DNA of 64,000 nucleotides from Myxococcales bacterium (lineage in GTDB: Bacteria; Myxococcota_A; UBA9042; JABWCM01; BTVJ01), in assembly GCA_045863395.1 (NCBI GenBank), contig BTVJ01000034.1:16152-80151 (forward strand). The letters run 5' to 3'. The position numbers and the translations under genes are program-made. The notes below the pieces were generated by a model that saw only the letters and a list, made by a program, of their open reading frames with translations, searched no databases and was not told the origin of the DNA. Below are positions 1 to 13,154 of this stretch, one piece after another. The stretch's first letter is position 1, and every line of letters begins with the position of its first letter.

Positions 1-765
1 GAGCAGGGCGGGCGGCACGGCCTCCACGCCAAACCACTTCGCATGGAGCCGCGCGTACTCTCCGCTGGCGGCCAGGTCCCTCAGAGCCGCATCGACGGCC
101 GCGACCAGCGAGGCATCGTCGGGACGCATTGCGATGCCGTAGCTCTCCGCGCTGAGCAGCCCCCCCACCACGTCGAGCTGGGAGAAGGTCCGCGCGATCA
201 TGTAGCGGGTCACGGGCGCGTCGTTGACGACGGCGTCGATGCGCTCGTTGACGAGATCCAGGAACGCGAGGTCGATGGTGTTGTAGGCGCGGACCGTCAC
301 GCCCGGCAGCTTCTCGCACAGGATCTGCGCGGTCGTGTTGATCTGGACGCCCACCGTGCGCCCGGTCAGGTCGGCCTCCGACGCGATCCTCGCATCTCCC
401 CTGCGGACGGCGATGATCTGCCCGGCCTCATAGTACGGCAACGAGAAGGCCAGCGTCTGTTGCCGCTCGGGCGTGATGGTGATGGCGCTGACCACCGCAT
501 CGAAGCGATCGAGGAGCAAGGACGGGAAGATGCCGTCGAAGGAGGCGTTGACCCACCGCACCCGCACGCCGAGCCGCCCGGCGACCGCCTCCAGCAGATC
601 GATGTCGAAGCCCTCGTAGGCGTCGCCGACCTTGCTCTCGAAGGGGGGGTAGGTGGCGTCCGTGCCGACGATCAGCTCGCCGGAGGCGCGGATCTCGTCC
701 ACGCTCCGCGCTGCGGCTGGCAGCGCGAGCAGGACCGCTGCGAGCACCCCGATGAGGCGCGTCAT
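1..765 (-). CDS. Polar amino-acid ABC transporter substrate-binding protein (runs off the left edge; possibly fused to a permease)
   Basis: Not in the ORF track because it has no stop in the window. Manual translation from ATG at 765: MTRLIGVLAAVLLALPAAARSVDEIRASGELIVGTDATYPPFES...GFDIDL...FDAVVSAITITPERQQTLAFSLPYY...YGIAMR, typical SBP_bac_3 motifs plus a signal peptide. Confidence 0.9.
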   Translation of the reverse strand, partial: MTRLIGVLAAVLLALPAAARSVDEIRASGELIVGTDATYPPFESKVGDAYEGFDIDLLEAVAGRLGVRVRWVNASFDGIFPSLLLDRFDAVVSAITITPERQQTLAFSLPYYEAGQIIAVRRGDARIASEADLTGRTVGVQINTTAQILCEKLPGVTVRAYNTIDLAFLDLVNERIDAVVNDAPVTRYMIARTFSQLDVVGGLLSAESYGIAMRPDDASLVAAVDAALRDLAASGEYARLHAKWFGVEAVPPALL

Positions 766-818
766 GGGCCACTCCGAGAGAGGTTGCCGACCCTGGAGAT
801 CCGTCCGTGGACCCGGGC

Positions 819-904
819 GACCCTACGCGGGGCCGGGCGAGCCGTCAAGGGCAGCGCGGGGACGCGCAGCCGCCCTTGACACGGTGCGCCGCGCCTCCCA
901 CCCT
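819..904. promoter_or_regulatory. Divergent sigma-70-like promoters
   Basis: Minus strand TTGACG-N17-TAGGGT toward the ABC gene; plus strand TTGACA(876-881)-N17-CACCCT(899-904) just before ATG 913. Confidence 0.45.
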
Positions 905-912
905 TCCGACCC

Positions 913-3132
913 ATGAAGTGGCACATCGCGACCCTGTTGGCCCTCACCGCGCTCCTCGCCTGTGGAGACACGGCGACGACGTTGCCCGGCACCTCGACCG
1001 GGACCGACGCGGGCTCCGCGGACTCGGGGGCGTGGAACCCCTTCGGCGGCGGCCGCGCCGACGGGGGCCCCGCAGCGGACGTCACCTCCCTGTGCGGGAC
1101 CTGCCCCGCGGAGCGCCCCATCTGCCACATCGCCTCCTGCCTGTGCACGGGAACGAGCTGCGGCGCCGGCGCCGTCTGTGAGGGTGGCGCGTGCGTCCCC
1201 TGCGACACCGACGACCGGTGCGGGCCATCCTGCACGAGCTGCGCCCCCATCGGAGGCTTCTGCAGCGCGGGGGGCTGCGTCCAGTGCGACGACGCCCACC
1301 CATGCGACAACGGCAACGGTTGCGCCGGCGGGTCCTGCGAGGGGTGCGACACGGCGGAGCGCTGCGGCCCCGCCTGCGAGCCCTGCGGCGGCGAGGCGCC
1401 GGTATGTCAGGGCGGCAAGTGCGCATGCACCGAGGCATCCTGCCCCGTCGGCACCTGGTGCGACGGAGCCTGCGCTCCATGCACGGCCGATGCCCACTGT
1501 GGCTTCGAGTGCATCGACTGCACTGGCACGCCCACCCCAGTCTGCAAGAACGGCCAGTGCGTGTGCACGGCCGACGGCCAGTGCGGTACGGGGCAGTGGT
1601 GCAGCGGAGGCGCGTGCGTCCCCTGCTCCCCCACCGACGCGCTGCACTGCGGCGCCACCTGCGCGGTCTGCGGGGGAGCCGCCCCCGTCTGCAAGGACGG
1701 CCTCTGCGCCTGCGCGTCGTCGGCGGACTGTGGCCCGAGCTACACGTGCATCGGCGGCGGCTGCCAGCCGTGCAACACGGACGCCCGCTGCGGCGCCGCG
1801 TGCCTGCCGTGCAGCGGCGCGGCTCCCGCCTGCAACGGGCTCCAGTGCACCTGTACGGACGCGTCGTGCGCCCCCGGCCAGTGGTGCGACGGGACCGTGT
1901 GCCAGAGCTGCGGCCCGAGCGACCCCCTGCACTGCGGCCCGCTGTGCGGCGTCTGCGGCGACGACACGCCCGTCTGCCAGGGGGGCGTGTGCGTATGCAC
2001 GGAGGACGCGCACTGCGGCGCGGGGGCGTGGTGCAAGGGCGGCGTCTGCTCCCCCTGCGCCAACACCGACCCGCTCCACTGCGGCCCATCCTGCGCCCTG
2101 TGCCCCGCGGACGCCCCTGTGTGCCTGGGCGGGTCCTGTGGCTGCACGGAGGGCTCCTGCCCAAGCGGGACCGCCTGCGAGGCGGGCACCTGCAAGCCTT
2201 GCAACAGCGCCACGAAGTGTGGCCCCGCGTGCCAGCCGTGCGGCGGCGCCACCCCGGTCTGCGACGGCAAGGGCTGCGTTCCGTGTACGGCCGACGCCCA
2301 GTGCGGCGCCGGCAAGGCCTGCATCGGCGGGACCTGCGAGCCCTGCGGCCAGTCCGATCCGGCCCACTGCGGCCCGAGCTGCGCCGTCTGCACCGGAGCG
2401 ACGCCCGCGTGCCAGGGGGGCGCCTGCGTGTGCGAGGGCGACTCCTGCGGACCGGGCGCCCTGTGCGCGGGCGCGTGCGTCCCCTGCAACACGGCGGCGG
2501 CCTGCGGCCCGGCGTGCGGAGCGTGCTCGGCCTCGACCCCCCACTGCGCCGCCAGCGGCTCCGGCTGCGTGGAGTGCGCGGCGGACGCCCACTGCGCGGG
2601 CGGCCTCTCGTGTCAGGGAGGCAAGTGCGTCCTGCCGTGCGCGCCGTCCTGCTGCGCGGGCGACTCGTCGCCCAACGCCAAGAAGTGCTCCACGGCCATC
2701 GTGGTGGGAAGGCCCGCCGCCGCGGCGCTGGCGACCTGGTCGGGCGACACCACGGGGGACGGCAACGACGACGACGTCTCGTCGAGCCTCGGGAGCTCCT
2801 GCTGGGACGCCAAGTACGACAACTTCTACCGCATCTACTTGATTGCGGGCGAGTCGATGACCGCGACGCTCACCCCCAAGGCCTCGGCCTTCGACGCCAT
2901 GCTGAAGCTCTACAAGGGCACGGGCTGCAAGGGCGGCGGCGACGAGCTGATCGCGTGCACCCACTCCAAGGGCGACGGCGGCGTCGAGACCTTCACCTGG
3001 GTCGCGACCAGCACCGGCTGGTTCACGGTGGTGGTCGATGGCCGCATGGCCTTCGAGGAGGACCTGGACTACGGCCCCTATACCTTCGCGATCAAGCTGG
3101 CGTGCATCGACGCTGGCTGCGGCTGCCAGTAG
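913..3132 (+). CDS. Cys-rich tandem-repeat lipoprotein with C-terminal PPC-like beta-sandwich domain
   Basis: Lipobox LLAC; about 10 repeats of roughly 45 aa (C.PC.T..HCGP.C..C.G.TPVC.GG.C.CT.DA.CG.G.WC.GG.C); C-terminal D.FYRIYL.AGE...TLTP...FDAMLKLY...IAC...VETFTW...GWFTVVVDG...GPYTF. Confidence 0.85.
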   Translation: MKWHIATLLALTALLACGDTATTLPGTSTGTDAGSADSGAWNPFGGGRADGGPAADVTSLCGTCPAERPICHIASCLCTGTSCGAGAVCEGGACVPCDTDDRCGPSCTSCAPIGGFCSAGGCVQCDDAHPCDNGNGCAGGSCEGCDTAERCGPACEPCGGEAPVCQGGKCACTEASCPVGTWCDGACAPCTADAHCGFECIDCTGTPTPVCKNGQCVCTADGQCGTGQWCSGGACVPCSPTDALHCGATCAVCGGAAPVCKDGLCACASSADCGPSYTCIGGGCQPCNTDARCGAACLPCSGAAPACNGLQCTCTDASCAPGQWCDGTVCQSCGPSDPLHCGPLCGVCGDDTPVCQGGVCVCTEDAHCGAGAWCKGGVCSPCANTDPLHCGPSCALCPADAPVCLGGSCGCTEGSCPSGTACEAGTCKPCNSATKCGPACQPCGGATPVCDGKGCVPCTADAQCGAGKACIGGTCEPCGQSDPAHCGPSCAVCTGATPACQGGACVCEGDSCGPGALCAGACVPCNTAAACGPACGACSASTPHCAASGSGCVECAADAHCAGGLSCQGGKCVLPCAPSCCAGDSSPNAKKCSTAIVVGRPAAAALATWSGDTTGDGNDDDVSSSLGSSCWDAKYDNFYRIYLIAGESMTATLTPKASAFDAMLKLYKGTGCKGGGDELIACTHSKGDGGVETFTWVATSTGWFTVVVDGRMAFEEDLDYGPYTFAIKLACIDAGCGCQ

Positions 3133-3238
3133 GTCCGCCGGAGGGCGCGGGCCTGGCGCCGTGCCGAGGGTGGCGCGAGGACCCCGCACCGCCTATGCTG
3201 TTCCTCGGCAGCGCCGTTCCACAGCAGGAGGCAATCCC

Positions 3239-4798
3239 ATGAAGCAATTGTGGCTGGCCACACTGGCCGTGGTGCTCGCGTGTGAGGGCGCGCAGATCCC
3301 CGACGATGGCGACCAGGCCATCGTGGCCGTAGACCTGGAGGCGCTGGCCAAACCCCTCGCCCAGGAGGGCCTCCTCCCGAGCCTGATCGAGATCACCGTG
3401 GACGGGGAGACCCGGGCCCAGGCAACGCTCCCCGCCCCGACGGGCCTCCTCGCGGGGCACGTGGCGCTCGGTGTGTCCGCCGGTGAGCCACTTGCGCTCG
3501 TCGTACACGCCACCTGGGGGGACGGCGCCGCCGCCTCGACCCAGCCCTTCACGGTCACCGCCCTGCCCGACGAGGTAGTGCTGCTCCCCGTGCTCCTGGA
3601 GCGGGGCGCGCCCGCCCCTCTCATCGTCGGCGCCGAGACCCGCGTCCGCCTGCCCCTCGGAACGCGCCTGGCCATCGAGTGGCTCGACCGCCAGACGGAG
3701 CAGGGGCCAGACGCACCGGCGGCCACCATTGCGCGACTGCTGCGGGACCCCGCGGTGGTCTCCGTCGCTCCGTTCGGGGAGGCCCCCTCGCCCGTGGACG
3801 AGGTGGGTGCGCTCGTCACGGGGGAGCGGGCCCTGGCCGCGGTCGACACGGGAACCACCGCCGAGCTCACCAGCCGCGCGGGCGTGTCGCCGGCCGCTGC
3901 GCCTCGTTCGGCAGCGCGGCCAGACCTCGTCGCCAGCACCGAGCGAGCGGCCACCACGAACGCACCCGACAGCCGGATCACGTCCTGGCGCCTCCTCCGT
4001 GTGACCATGGGCGCTCCCCGAGCGACCGGCGATCTCATCTACTACTACTCATACTGCGACTGCGGGCGCCCCGCACCGGACCGCGCCTACACCCTCACGA
4101 GCCCGGACGGGCGAACGCTGAAGGGCATGAGCGACCGCCACGGCTTCGTGCTGGTCCCACGGGCCGGCGAGGGGCGCCTCGACTTCGGACCCACGCAGCG
4201 GCCTCGCCCCCGAGGCTACGCCTACGTGGCCGGCGATCCGGCGACCCACGAGGCGATGCTCCAGGCGCTGGGCGCCAGTGACGCCAACACGATCCTCACG
4301 GCGCTCCTCGACCTGCGCACGGAGCCTCTGCCCGAGGCCTACCACCCGCTCGTGGGCCTCCTCGAGCACGCGGAGCTGTCCGTGCGCCTCAACGCGGCGG
4401 TCGCGCTGTCCCGGTACGGAGACGAGGCCCTCGCGCCGCTGGTGGCGTGCCGTGTCGCGCGCTTGAGTCACGGGGACGCGGCCTCCCACGTCGAGACCCT
4501 GGGGGCCCTGCGCCACCCGAGCGCCGTCCCGGCGCTGCTGCCGCTGCTCGACGCCGATGACGTGGCCGTGCGCACAGCCGCCGCCTGGGCCCTCGGCTTC
4601 ATCGGCGACCCGCGCGCCCTCACGCCGCTGGAGTGGGCCCTCTCGGACCCGGACGCCGCCGTACGGGCCGAGGCCGCTCTCGCAGTGGGCCGCATCGGCG
4701 CCTTCGGCACCCTGGAGGCCCTCGAAGCAATGCTGGACGACGGGAGCGCCGCGGTCGTGCCGCGGGTGCAGGAGGCCATGGCCCTGGCGACCTGGTAG
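3239..4798 (+). CDS. Putative lipoprotein with C-terminal HEAT/PBS-lyase repeats
   Basis: SD AGGAGG before ATG 3239; VVLAC lipobox; repeats VRLNAAVALSRYG, VRTAAAWALGFIGD, VRAEAALAVGRIG. Confidence 0.75.
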   Translation: MKQLWLATLAVVLACEGAQIPDDGDQAIVAVDLEALAKPLAQEGLLPSLIEITVDGETRAQATLPAPTGLLAGHVALGVSAGEPLALVVHATWGDGAAASTQPFTVTALPDEVVLLPVLLERGAPAPLIVGAETRVRLPLGTRLAIEWLDRQTEQGPDAPAATIARLLRDPAVVSVAPFGEAPSPVDEVGALVTGERALAAVDTGTTAELTSRAGVSPAAAPRSAARPDLVASTERAATTNAPDSRITSWRLLRVTMGAPRATGDLIYYYSYCDCGRPAPDRAYTLTSPDGRTLKGMSDRHGFVLVPRAGEGRLDFGPTQRPRPRGYAYVAGDPATHEAMLQALGASDANTILTALLDLRTEPLPEAYHPLVGLLEHAELSVRLNAAVALSRYGDEALAPLVACRVARLSHGDAASHVETLGALRHPSAVPALLPLLDADDVAVRTAAAWALGFIGDPRALTPLEWALSDPDAAVRAEAALAVGRIGAFGTLEALEAMLDDGSAAVVPRVQEAMALATW

Positions 4799-4804
4799 CC
4801 GAGA

Positions 4805-6954
<2,150 letters not shown>

Positions 6955-7015
6955 CGCCGGGAGCAGCACGCTCCCCTGCGGCAACACCGCTCGATCACGC
7001 CGTACCGCTGCGCCG

Positions 7016-8017
7016 TCAGCGCTTCTTCTTGGCCCCCCGCTTCTCGCGGCGCCGCCGCTCGGCCCGCCGCTCCAGCTCACGGCGGCGGCGCTCTGCCAGC
7101 GCCTCGAGGAAGACGCGACCGGCCTCGGCGGCGCGACCTTGCAGCTCGAGGGCGCTCGCCAGGGCATCGCGCATCCCCTCGGCCTCGGCGTCGTCCTCGG
7201 CCAGGGCGATGGCGCGCACCGCCACCCGCTCGGCGGTGGGCCCGTCGCCCAGCTCTACATAGACCTCGGCGACGTGCCCCACGAGCGGCGCCGAGTCTCC
7301 GTATGCGGCCAGGGCGGCGGAGAGAGCCGTCCGCGCGCGGTCCGGCTCCCCGTTGTTGGCGAGCAGGCTCGCGAGCGCCACGGGCCCGAGCCCATGGGAG
7401 TCGAGCGCGGGCTCCAGAGCGGTCGCCGCTTCGACCCATGGCTCCACCTCCGTGAGTCCGCGGGCCGTTGCGAGCCGCTCCAGCACCCAGTCTCTGAGGT
7501 CGATGTGCAGCTCCATGTCCAGCGCATCGAGGATGTCCGGCGAGCTGTCCGCGGCCGCCACCAGTCGCCTCAGCACGGCGAGCACGTGGTCCGGCCCCCC
7601 CTTGCGCGCCGCCCGGATCAGCGCCTCGACCGCGTCGGCCTCGGTCTCCAGGGAGGGCTCTTCGGGCAGCAGCCGTGCCCACAAGGCGCGCGCCGCCAGC
7701 CACGGCAGGTACGCGTCCCTCTCGTCGGTGACGGCCGCCCGTGCCTCCCAGGCGTCCGAGACCTCTCGCGGCCCAGGCTGCCCCTCCGCGGCGGCGCGGA
7801 ACCCGGCCTCGTCCGTGTCAATCCCAACCAGCCGAAGATACTCGAAGATCGCCTCCGTCGGCGTGTCGTCGAAGCCGTCGACGAACCACCCTCTGCCAGA
7901 TTGGCGGTCCTCCTCTGCCCGCTGCCGGAACCCTCTGAGCTGATCGTCGGGGAGGCGCGGAAGCTCCCCGCGCACCGCCGCCCGCCACGCCTTCCACTCC
8001 CTCGTCCGCCTCGACAT
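7016..8017 (-). CDS. Hypothetical helical protein with C-terminal TPR-like repeats and a basic tail
   Basis: SD AGGAGG before ATG; Ala/Leu/Glu-rich helices; LAEVYVELGD.PTAERV-type TPR pattern. Confidence 0.7.
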   Translation of the reverse strand: MSRRTREWKAWRAAVRGELPRLPDDQLRGFRQRAEEDRQSGRGWFVDGFDDTPTEAIFEYLRLVGIDTDEAGFRAAAEGQPGPREVSDAWEARAAVTDERDAYLPWLAARALWARLLPEEPSLETEADAVEALIRAARKGGPDHVLAVLRRLVAAADSSPDILDALDMELHIDLRDWVLERLATARGLTEVEPWVEAATALEPALDSHGLGPVALASLLANNGEPDRARTALSAALAAYGDSAPLVGHVAEVYVELGDGPTAERVAVRAIALAEDDAEAEGMRDALASALELQGRAAEAGRVFLEALAERRRRELERRAERRRREKRGAKKKR

Positions 8018-8117
8018 GCTCCACCTCCTGGGGTCCGGGCGACTCTAGCGGGAAACGCCACCACCGTCGAGCCCGCCAGTTGCGCCACCTGACGGGCCCG
8101 CGCTATTGTCGGACCCC

Positions 8118-8960
8118 ATGACGGAGCTCCCCGACTATCACCACCGCTTCCACGCCGGCAACGTGGGCGACGTGTGGAAGCACTGCGTCCTGGTCGCGGC
8201 CATCGAGGCCCTGGCTGGCGACCGCCCGGTCCACCTCATCGAGACGCATGCGGGCGAGGGGCGCTACCCGCTCGGCCCCACGGGCGAGTGGACCGAGGGC
8301 ATCGGGCGCCTGCGGGTGGCCCCGCCGGGCTCACCACCCGCGGTGACGCGGTTCATCGCTCTAATCGACAGGCTGGGTGGCCAGCGCACCTACCCGGGAT
8401 CACCGGCCCTCGCGCTGGCGCTCCTCCGCCCGCAGGATCGCCTGCTCCTGCACGAGCTGCGCCCCGAGGCGGCGGTCGCCCTGCGCCGCGCGGCCGACGA
8501 CCCGCGCGCCACGGTGATCGAGGGCGACGGCCTCGCCGGCCTGGAGCCCGCCCTGGCCGCCGTCCCCCCCGACGCGCTCCCCCTGGTGCTCGTCGACCCG
8601 CCCTGGAGCACCAAGCCCGAGTGGCTCACCGTGCCGGACACCCTTGCCCGCGCGCTGCGAGCCCACCCGCGGGCGGCCGCGCTGCTGTGGTACCCCATCA
8701 AGAGCCTGACCCGCCCGAACGCCATGTTGGCCCGCCTCGGCGCCGCCGGAGTGTCGGGGGAGACCGTGGAGCTGGTGACGACCCCGCTGGAGCTGAAGCG
8801 CAACCGGCTCAACGGGAGCGGCGTCGCGCTCATCGGACTTCCACCGGCGCTCCTGGCGACGGTCACGGGCGCCGCCCCCTCCCTGGGCGCGGCCTGCGCC
8901 ACGCATGGGCGCTGGTCCATGCGCGCCCTGCGCTTCTGCCCGCCGGTTGTGGCGCCCTGA
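8118..8960 (+). CDS. rlmJ: 23S rRNA (adenine2030-N6)-methyltransferase RlmJ
   Basis: YHHRFHAGNVGDVWKH, ETHAGEGRY, YPGSP, HELRP, VLVDPPW, LWYPIK, LNGSGV. Confidence 0.93.
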   Translation: MTELPDYHHRFHAGNVGDVWKHCVLVAAIEALAGDRPVHLIETHAGEGRYPLGPTGEWTEGIGRLRVAPPGSPPAVTRFIALIDRLGGQRTYPGSPALALALLRPQDRLLLHELRPEAAVALRRAADDPRATVIEGDGLAGLEPALAAVPPDALPLVLVDPPWSTKPEWLTVPDTLARALRAHPRAAALLWYPIKSLTRPNAMLARLGAAGVSGETVELVTTPLELKRNRLNGSGVALIGLPPALLATVTGAAPSLGAACATHGRWSMRALRFCPPVVAP

Positions 8961-8982
8961 GCGGCTCTGCTATAACCCCCGC

Positions 8983-10005
8983 ATGACGCCCACCCGAACA
9001 TCGCTGCTCCTCCTCGTTGCCCTCGCCGGCTGCGCGTCCACGAGCGCGACGGTGCCCCCACCGCCTCCAGGCCGCCTCACGCCAACGCCCATGCCGGACT
9101 CCTACGTGGAGGTCCCGGTCACCGAGGCGGTACGCCAGGCCGCGGCGCTCGCCCGTGAGGGACGCTTCGAGGAGGCCGAGCCACTCCTGAAGGATGCGGC
9201 GGAGGCCGAGCCCCCGGACCCGCTCGCCCTCTACAATCTAGGCACCCTGCGCCTGCGCCTGGGCGACCCCCAGGGGGCGACGATCCTGCTGGCCCGCGCC
9301 CTGGACCTGGCCCCGCGCCTCTATGGCGCCGCCAACAACCTCGCGGTGGCGCAACTCGCCCTGGACGAGACCGAGGCCGCCCGCCGGGCCCTGGCCCAGG
9401 CCGCGGCCATCGCGCCGGACCGCCCCGAGCCCTTCTCCAACCTGGGCCTGATCTGCCTCCGGGAGCTGGACTTCCCGTGCGCCGTCGAGTCGCTCAGCAA
9501 GGCGCGCGCGCTGGCCCCCGACAACGTCACGGTCCGCACGAACCTGGCCCACGCCTTCGCCCGCCAGGACCCGCAGGCCGCCGAGGACGAGTACCGTGAG
9601 GTGCTCCGCCGCGCGCCGAACCATGTCCCAGCCCTGGGCGGGCTGGCCACGATCCTCATCGGGCGCCAGGACATCACGGGGGCAGACGCCCTCGTGCGCC
9701 GCGCTCTCGAGCTGGACCCTCGCGACGTGGTGACCCGGGTGAACGCCGGCGTCGTCGCCGAGAACCGGAACCAGCCCGCCGAGGCGGAGGCACACTACCG
9801 CGCGGCGCTGGAGGTGGACCCCACGAGCCCCGTCGCCTGGTACGACCTGGGCCACCTCCTGGAGCGCATGGGCCGGGTCGCCGACGCAAAGGCCGCCTAT
9901 GAGACCTACCTGGACCATCCGAAGGACGTCATGGAGGCGTCCTACATCCGCTATCGCCTGAGCCGCCTTGCGGAGCTGCCCCCCGGAGGGGCACCGCAGC
10001 CCTGA
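8983..10005 (+). CDS. TPR-repeat lipoprotein
   Basis: Lipobox LAGC; multiple TPRs (ALYNLG...ARALDLAP, PFSNLG, AWYDLG...KAAYETYL). Confidence 0.88.
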   Translation: MTPTRTSLLLLVALAGCASTSATVPPPPPGRLTPTPMPDSYVEVPVTEAVRQAAALAREGRFEEAEPLLKDAAEAEPPDPLALYNLGTLRLRLGDPQGATILLARALDLAPRLYGAANNLAVAQLALDETEAARRALAQAAAIAPDRPEPFSNLGLICLRELDFPCAVESLSKARALAPDNVTVRTNLAHAFARQDPQAAEDEYREVLRRAPNHVPALGGLATILIGRQDITGADALVRRALELDPRDVVTRVNAGVVAENRNQPAEAEAHYRAALEVDPTSPVAWYDLGHLLERMGRVADAKAAYETYLDHPKDVMEASYIRYRLSRLAELPPGGAPQP

Positions 10006-10009
10006 CCCC

Positions 10010-11286
<1,277 letters not shown>

Positions 11287-11290
<4 letters not shown>

Positions 11291-12444
11291 CCAGCCGGCC
11301 CACACCTCCGCCGGACCCCGTGCCCTTCGGCCGCTACACGCTCCTCGAGCGCCTGGCGGTGGGCGGCATGGCGGAGATCTACCGCGCCCGGCTCACGGGG
11401 ATCGGCGGCTTCGAGAAGCCGGTCGCCATCAAGCGCATGCTCCCCCAGTACACGTCCGACCGCGGCTACGTGGACATGCTGCTCGACGAGGCGCGCATCA
11501 TGGCGCTCCTCGACCACGCCAACATCGTCCAGATCCTGGAGGTAGGCCAGGTCGGCCACCACTTCTACCTCGCCATGGAGCTCGTCGATGGCGCCGACCT
11601 CTACCGCACCCTGCGCACGCTGCACGAGCGGGGCGCCCAGCTCCCCATGGAGGCGGCGGCGTTCATCGTGCGCGAGGTGCTCACCGGCCTCCACTACGCC
11701 CACAACCGCACGGACGCGGACGGCAAGCTGCTCCACATCGTCCACCGCGACGTGAGCCCGCAGAACGTGCTCCTGTCCTGGGAGGGGGACGTCAAGCTCA
11801 TCGACTTCGGGATCGCCAAGGCGGACGCGCGCCTGACCACCACCGGCAGCGGCATCATCAAGGGCAAGTTCCAGTACATGTCCCCCGAGCAGGCCCGCGG
11901 CATGCCCTTGGACGTGCGCACGGACGTCTTCTCGGCGGGCATCCTGCTCTGGGAGGCGCTGACCGCCTCCCCGGTCTACGAGGACGAGGGGGAGGACTCG
12001 CTGATCAACAAGGTCCGCGAGGCCAACATCCCGGCACCGACGACGGTCCGCCCCGACGTCCCGCACATGCTCGAGGGCATCGCCATGCGCGCCCTGTCGG
12101 TGGACCCGGACGAGCGCTTCCAGACCGCGGCGGAGTTCCACCGGGCGCTGACGGCGTTCCTCGGCACCCGCGCCGTGGAGTTCACGCGGCTCGACCTCTC
12201 GGTGCTGCTGGCGGAGCTCATGCGGGGTCAGCGCCGCACCGACATCACGGCCCCGTTCTCGGCCCATGATCGCCAGCTCTCCCACGCGGACGACGACCTC
12301 GCCATGCCGCGCACGGAGCGCCGCCTGCGCGACGAGGCGCAGATGCTGGAGGACCGCTGGATTCGCGCGCTGCTGGCAGTCGCAGCAGGCACCATCGTGG
12401 CGACGGTCATGGCCATCGCTTGGGTGATCCTCACCTCGCCATGA
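11287..12444 (+). CDS. Hanks-type Ser/Thr protein kinase with one C-terminal TM helix
   Basis: FGRYTLLERLAVGGMAEIY, VAIKR, HRDVSPQNVLL, DFGIAKA, KGKFQYMSPEQ, DVFSAG; hydrophobic C-terminus; GTGA overlap with the glyA stop. Confidence 0.95.
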
Positions 12445-12457
12445 GTGGGGGAGCGGC

Positions 12458-12486
12458 TTGACACCCACCCGCACGGCTGCTAGCGT
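12458..12486 (+). promoter_or_regulatory. Sigma-70-like promoter upstream of a small ORF
   Basis: TTGACA(12458-12463)-N17-TAGCGT(12481-12486), preceded by TGC. Confidence 0.6.
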
Positions 12487-12538
12487 CTCCAAGCCAAGCA
12501 TCTGAAACAAAAGCGCAATTCACGCAGGGAAGCAACGC

Positions 12539-12661
12539 ATGGAGCCACGAGACCCGAAGAACCGCCCCTACCGGGTCGCGACCTACGTGGTGTTCATGCT
12601 GTTCGTGCTGGTGTTCTGCGTCCTGACCACCATCAGCGTGGTCAGAGGGGTGTTCCCGTAG
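12539..12661 (+). CDS. 40-aa single-pass membrane microprotein (not in the ORF track)
   Basis: MEPRDPKNRPYRVATYVVFMLFVLVFCVLTTISVVRGVFP*; basic N-terminus then a hydrophobic stretch; almost all codons end in G/C; AGGGAAG before ATG; own promoter. Confidence 0.7.
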   Translation: MEPRDPKNRPYRVATYVVFMLFVLVFCVLTTISVVRGVFP

Positions 12662-13154
12662 GGACGACGCTCACGGCCGATCTGAGCTCAGCGACCCGCG
12701 CGGCGGGCCAGCCCCGCGTGCCAAGGGTGATGCGCCGCTCCTCCACGCCCGTCGGCTCCAGGTGCACGTCCAGCCGCACGGCGGGGAGGGCGTCAGGCAC
12801 CCGATCCGCCCACTCCACCAGGCACAGCGCGCCCGCGTCCAGCCAGTCACGCCAGCCGATGGCCTCGAGCTCGTCCTCGTCCGTCAGGCGGTAGAGGTCC
12901 AGGTGGAAGATGGGGAGCCGCCCCTCGTAGACCAGCGCGAGCACGAACGACGGGCTGCGCACTGGGATCTCGGGCGGGACCCCGAGCGCCCGGGCGAGGG
13001 ACCGCACGAAGAAGGTCTTTCCCGCCCCGAGGGTGCCGGTGAGCGCCACGACGTCGCCGGCCCGCAGCACCCCCGCCAGCGCCTGTGCGACGGCAGACGT
13101 GCCGTCCTCGTCGGTCACCGTGACCTCCAGGCCGCTGTCCAGCGCCTGGCTCAC
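12642..13154 (-). CDS. tsaE: tRNA t6A37 biosynthesis ATPase TsaE
   Basis: GDVVALTGTLGAGKT (Walker A), SPSF, HLDLYRL, LVEWAD. Confidence 0.95.
   Translation of the reverse strand: MSQALDSGLEVTVTDEDGTSAVAQALAGVLRAGDVVALTGTLGAGKTFFVRSLARALGVPPEIPVRSPSFVLALVYEGRLPIFHLDLYRLTDEDELEAIGWRDWLDAGALCLVEWADRVPDALPAVRLDVHLEPTGVEERRITLGTRGWPAARVAELRSAVSVVPTGTPL

Noticed and set aside
823..3189. 788-aa minus-strand ORF and similar long shadows (21690-25217, 46257-48452, 42365-44149, 5518-7167)
   Set aside because: Antisense or off-frame to well-supported genes; Arg/Ala/Gly-rich translations are expected in high-GC DNA.
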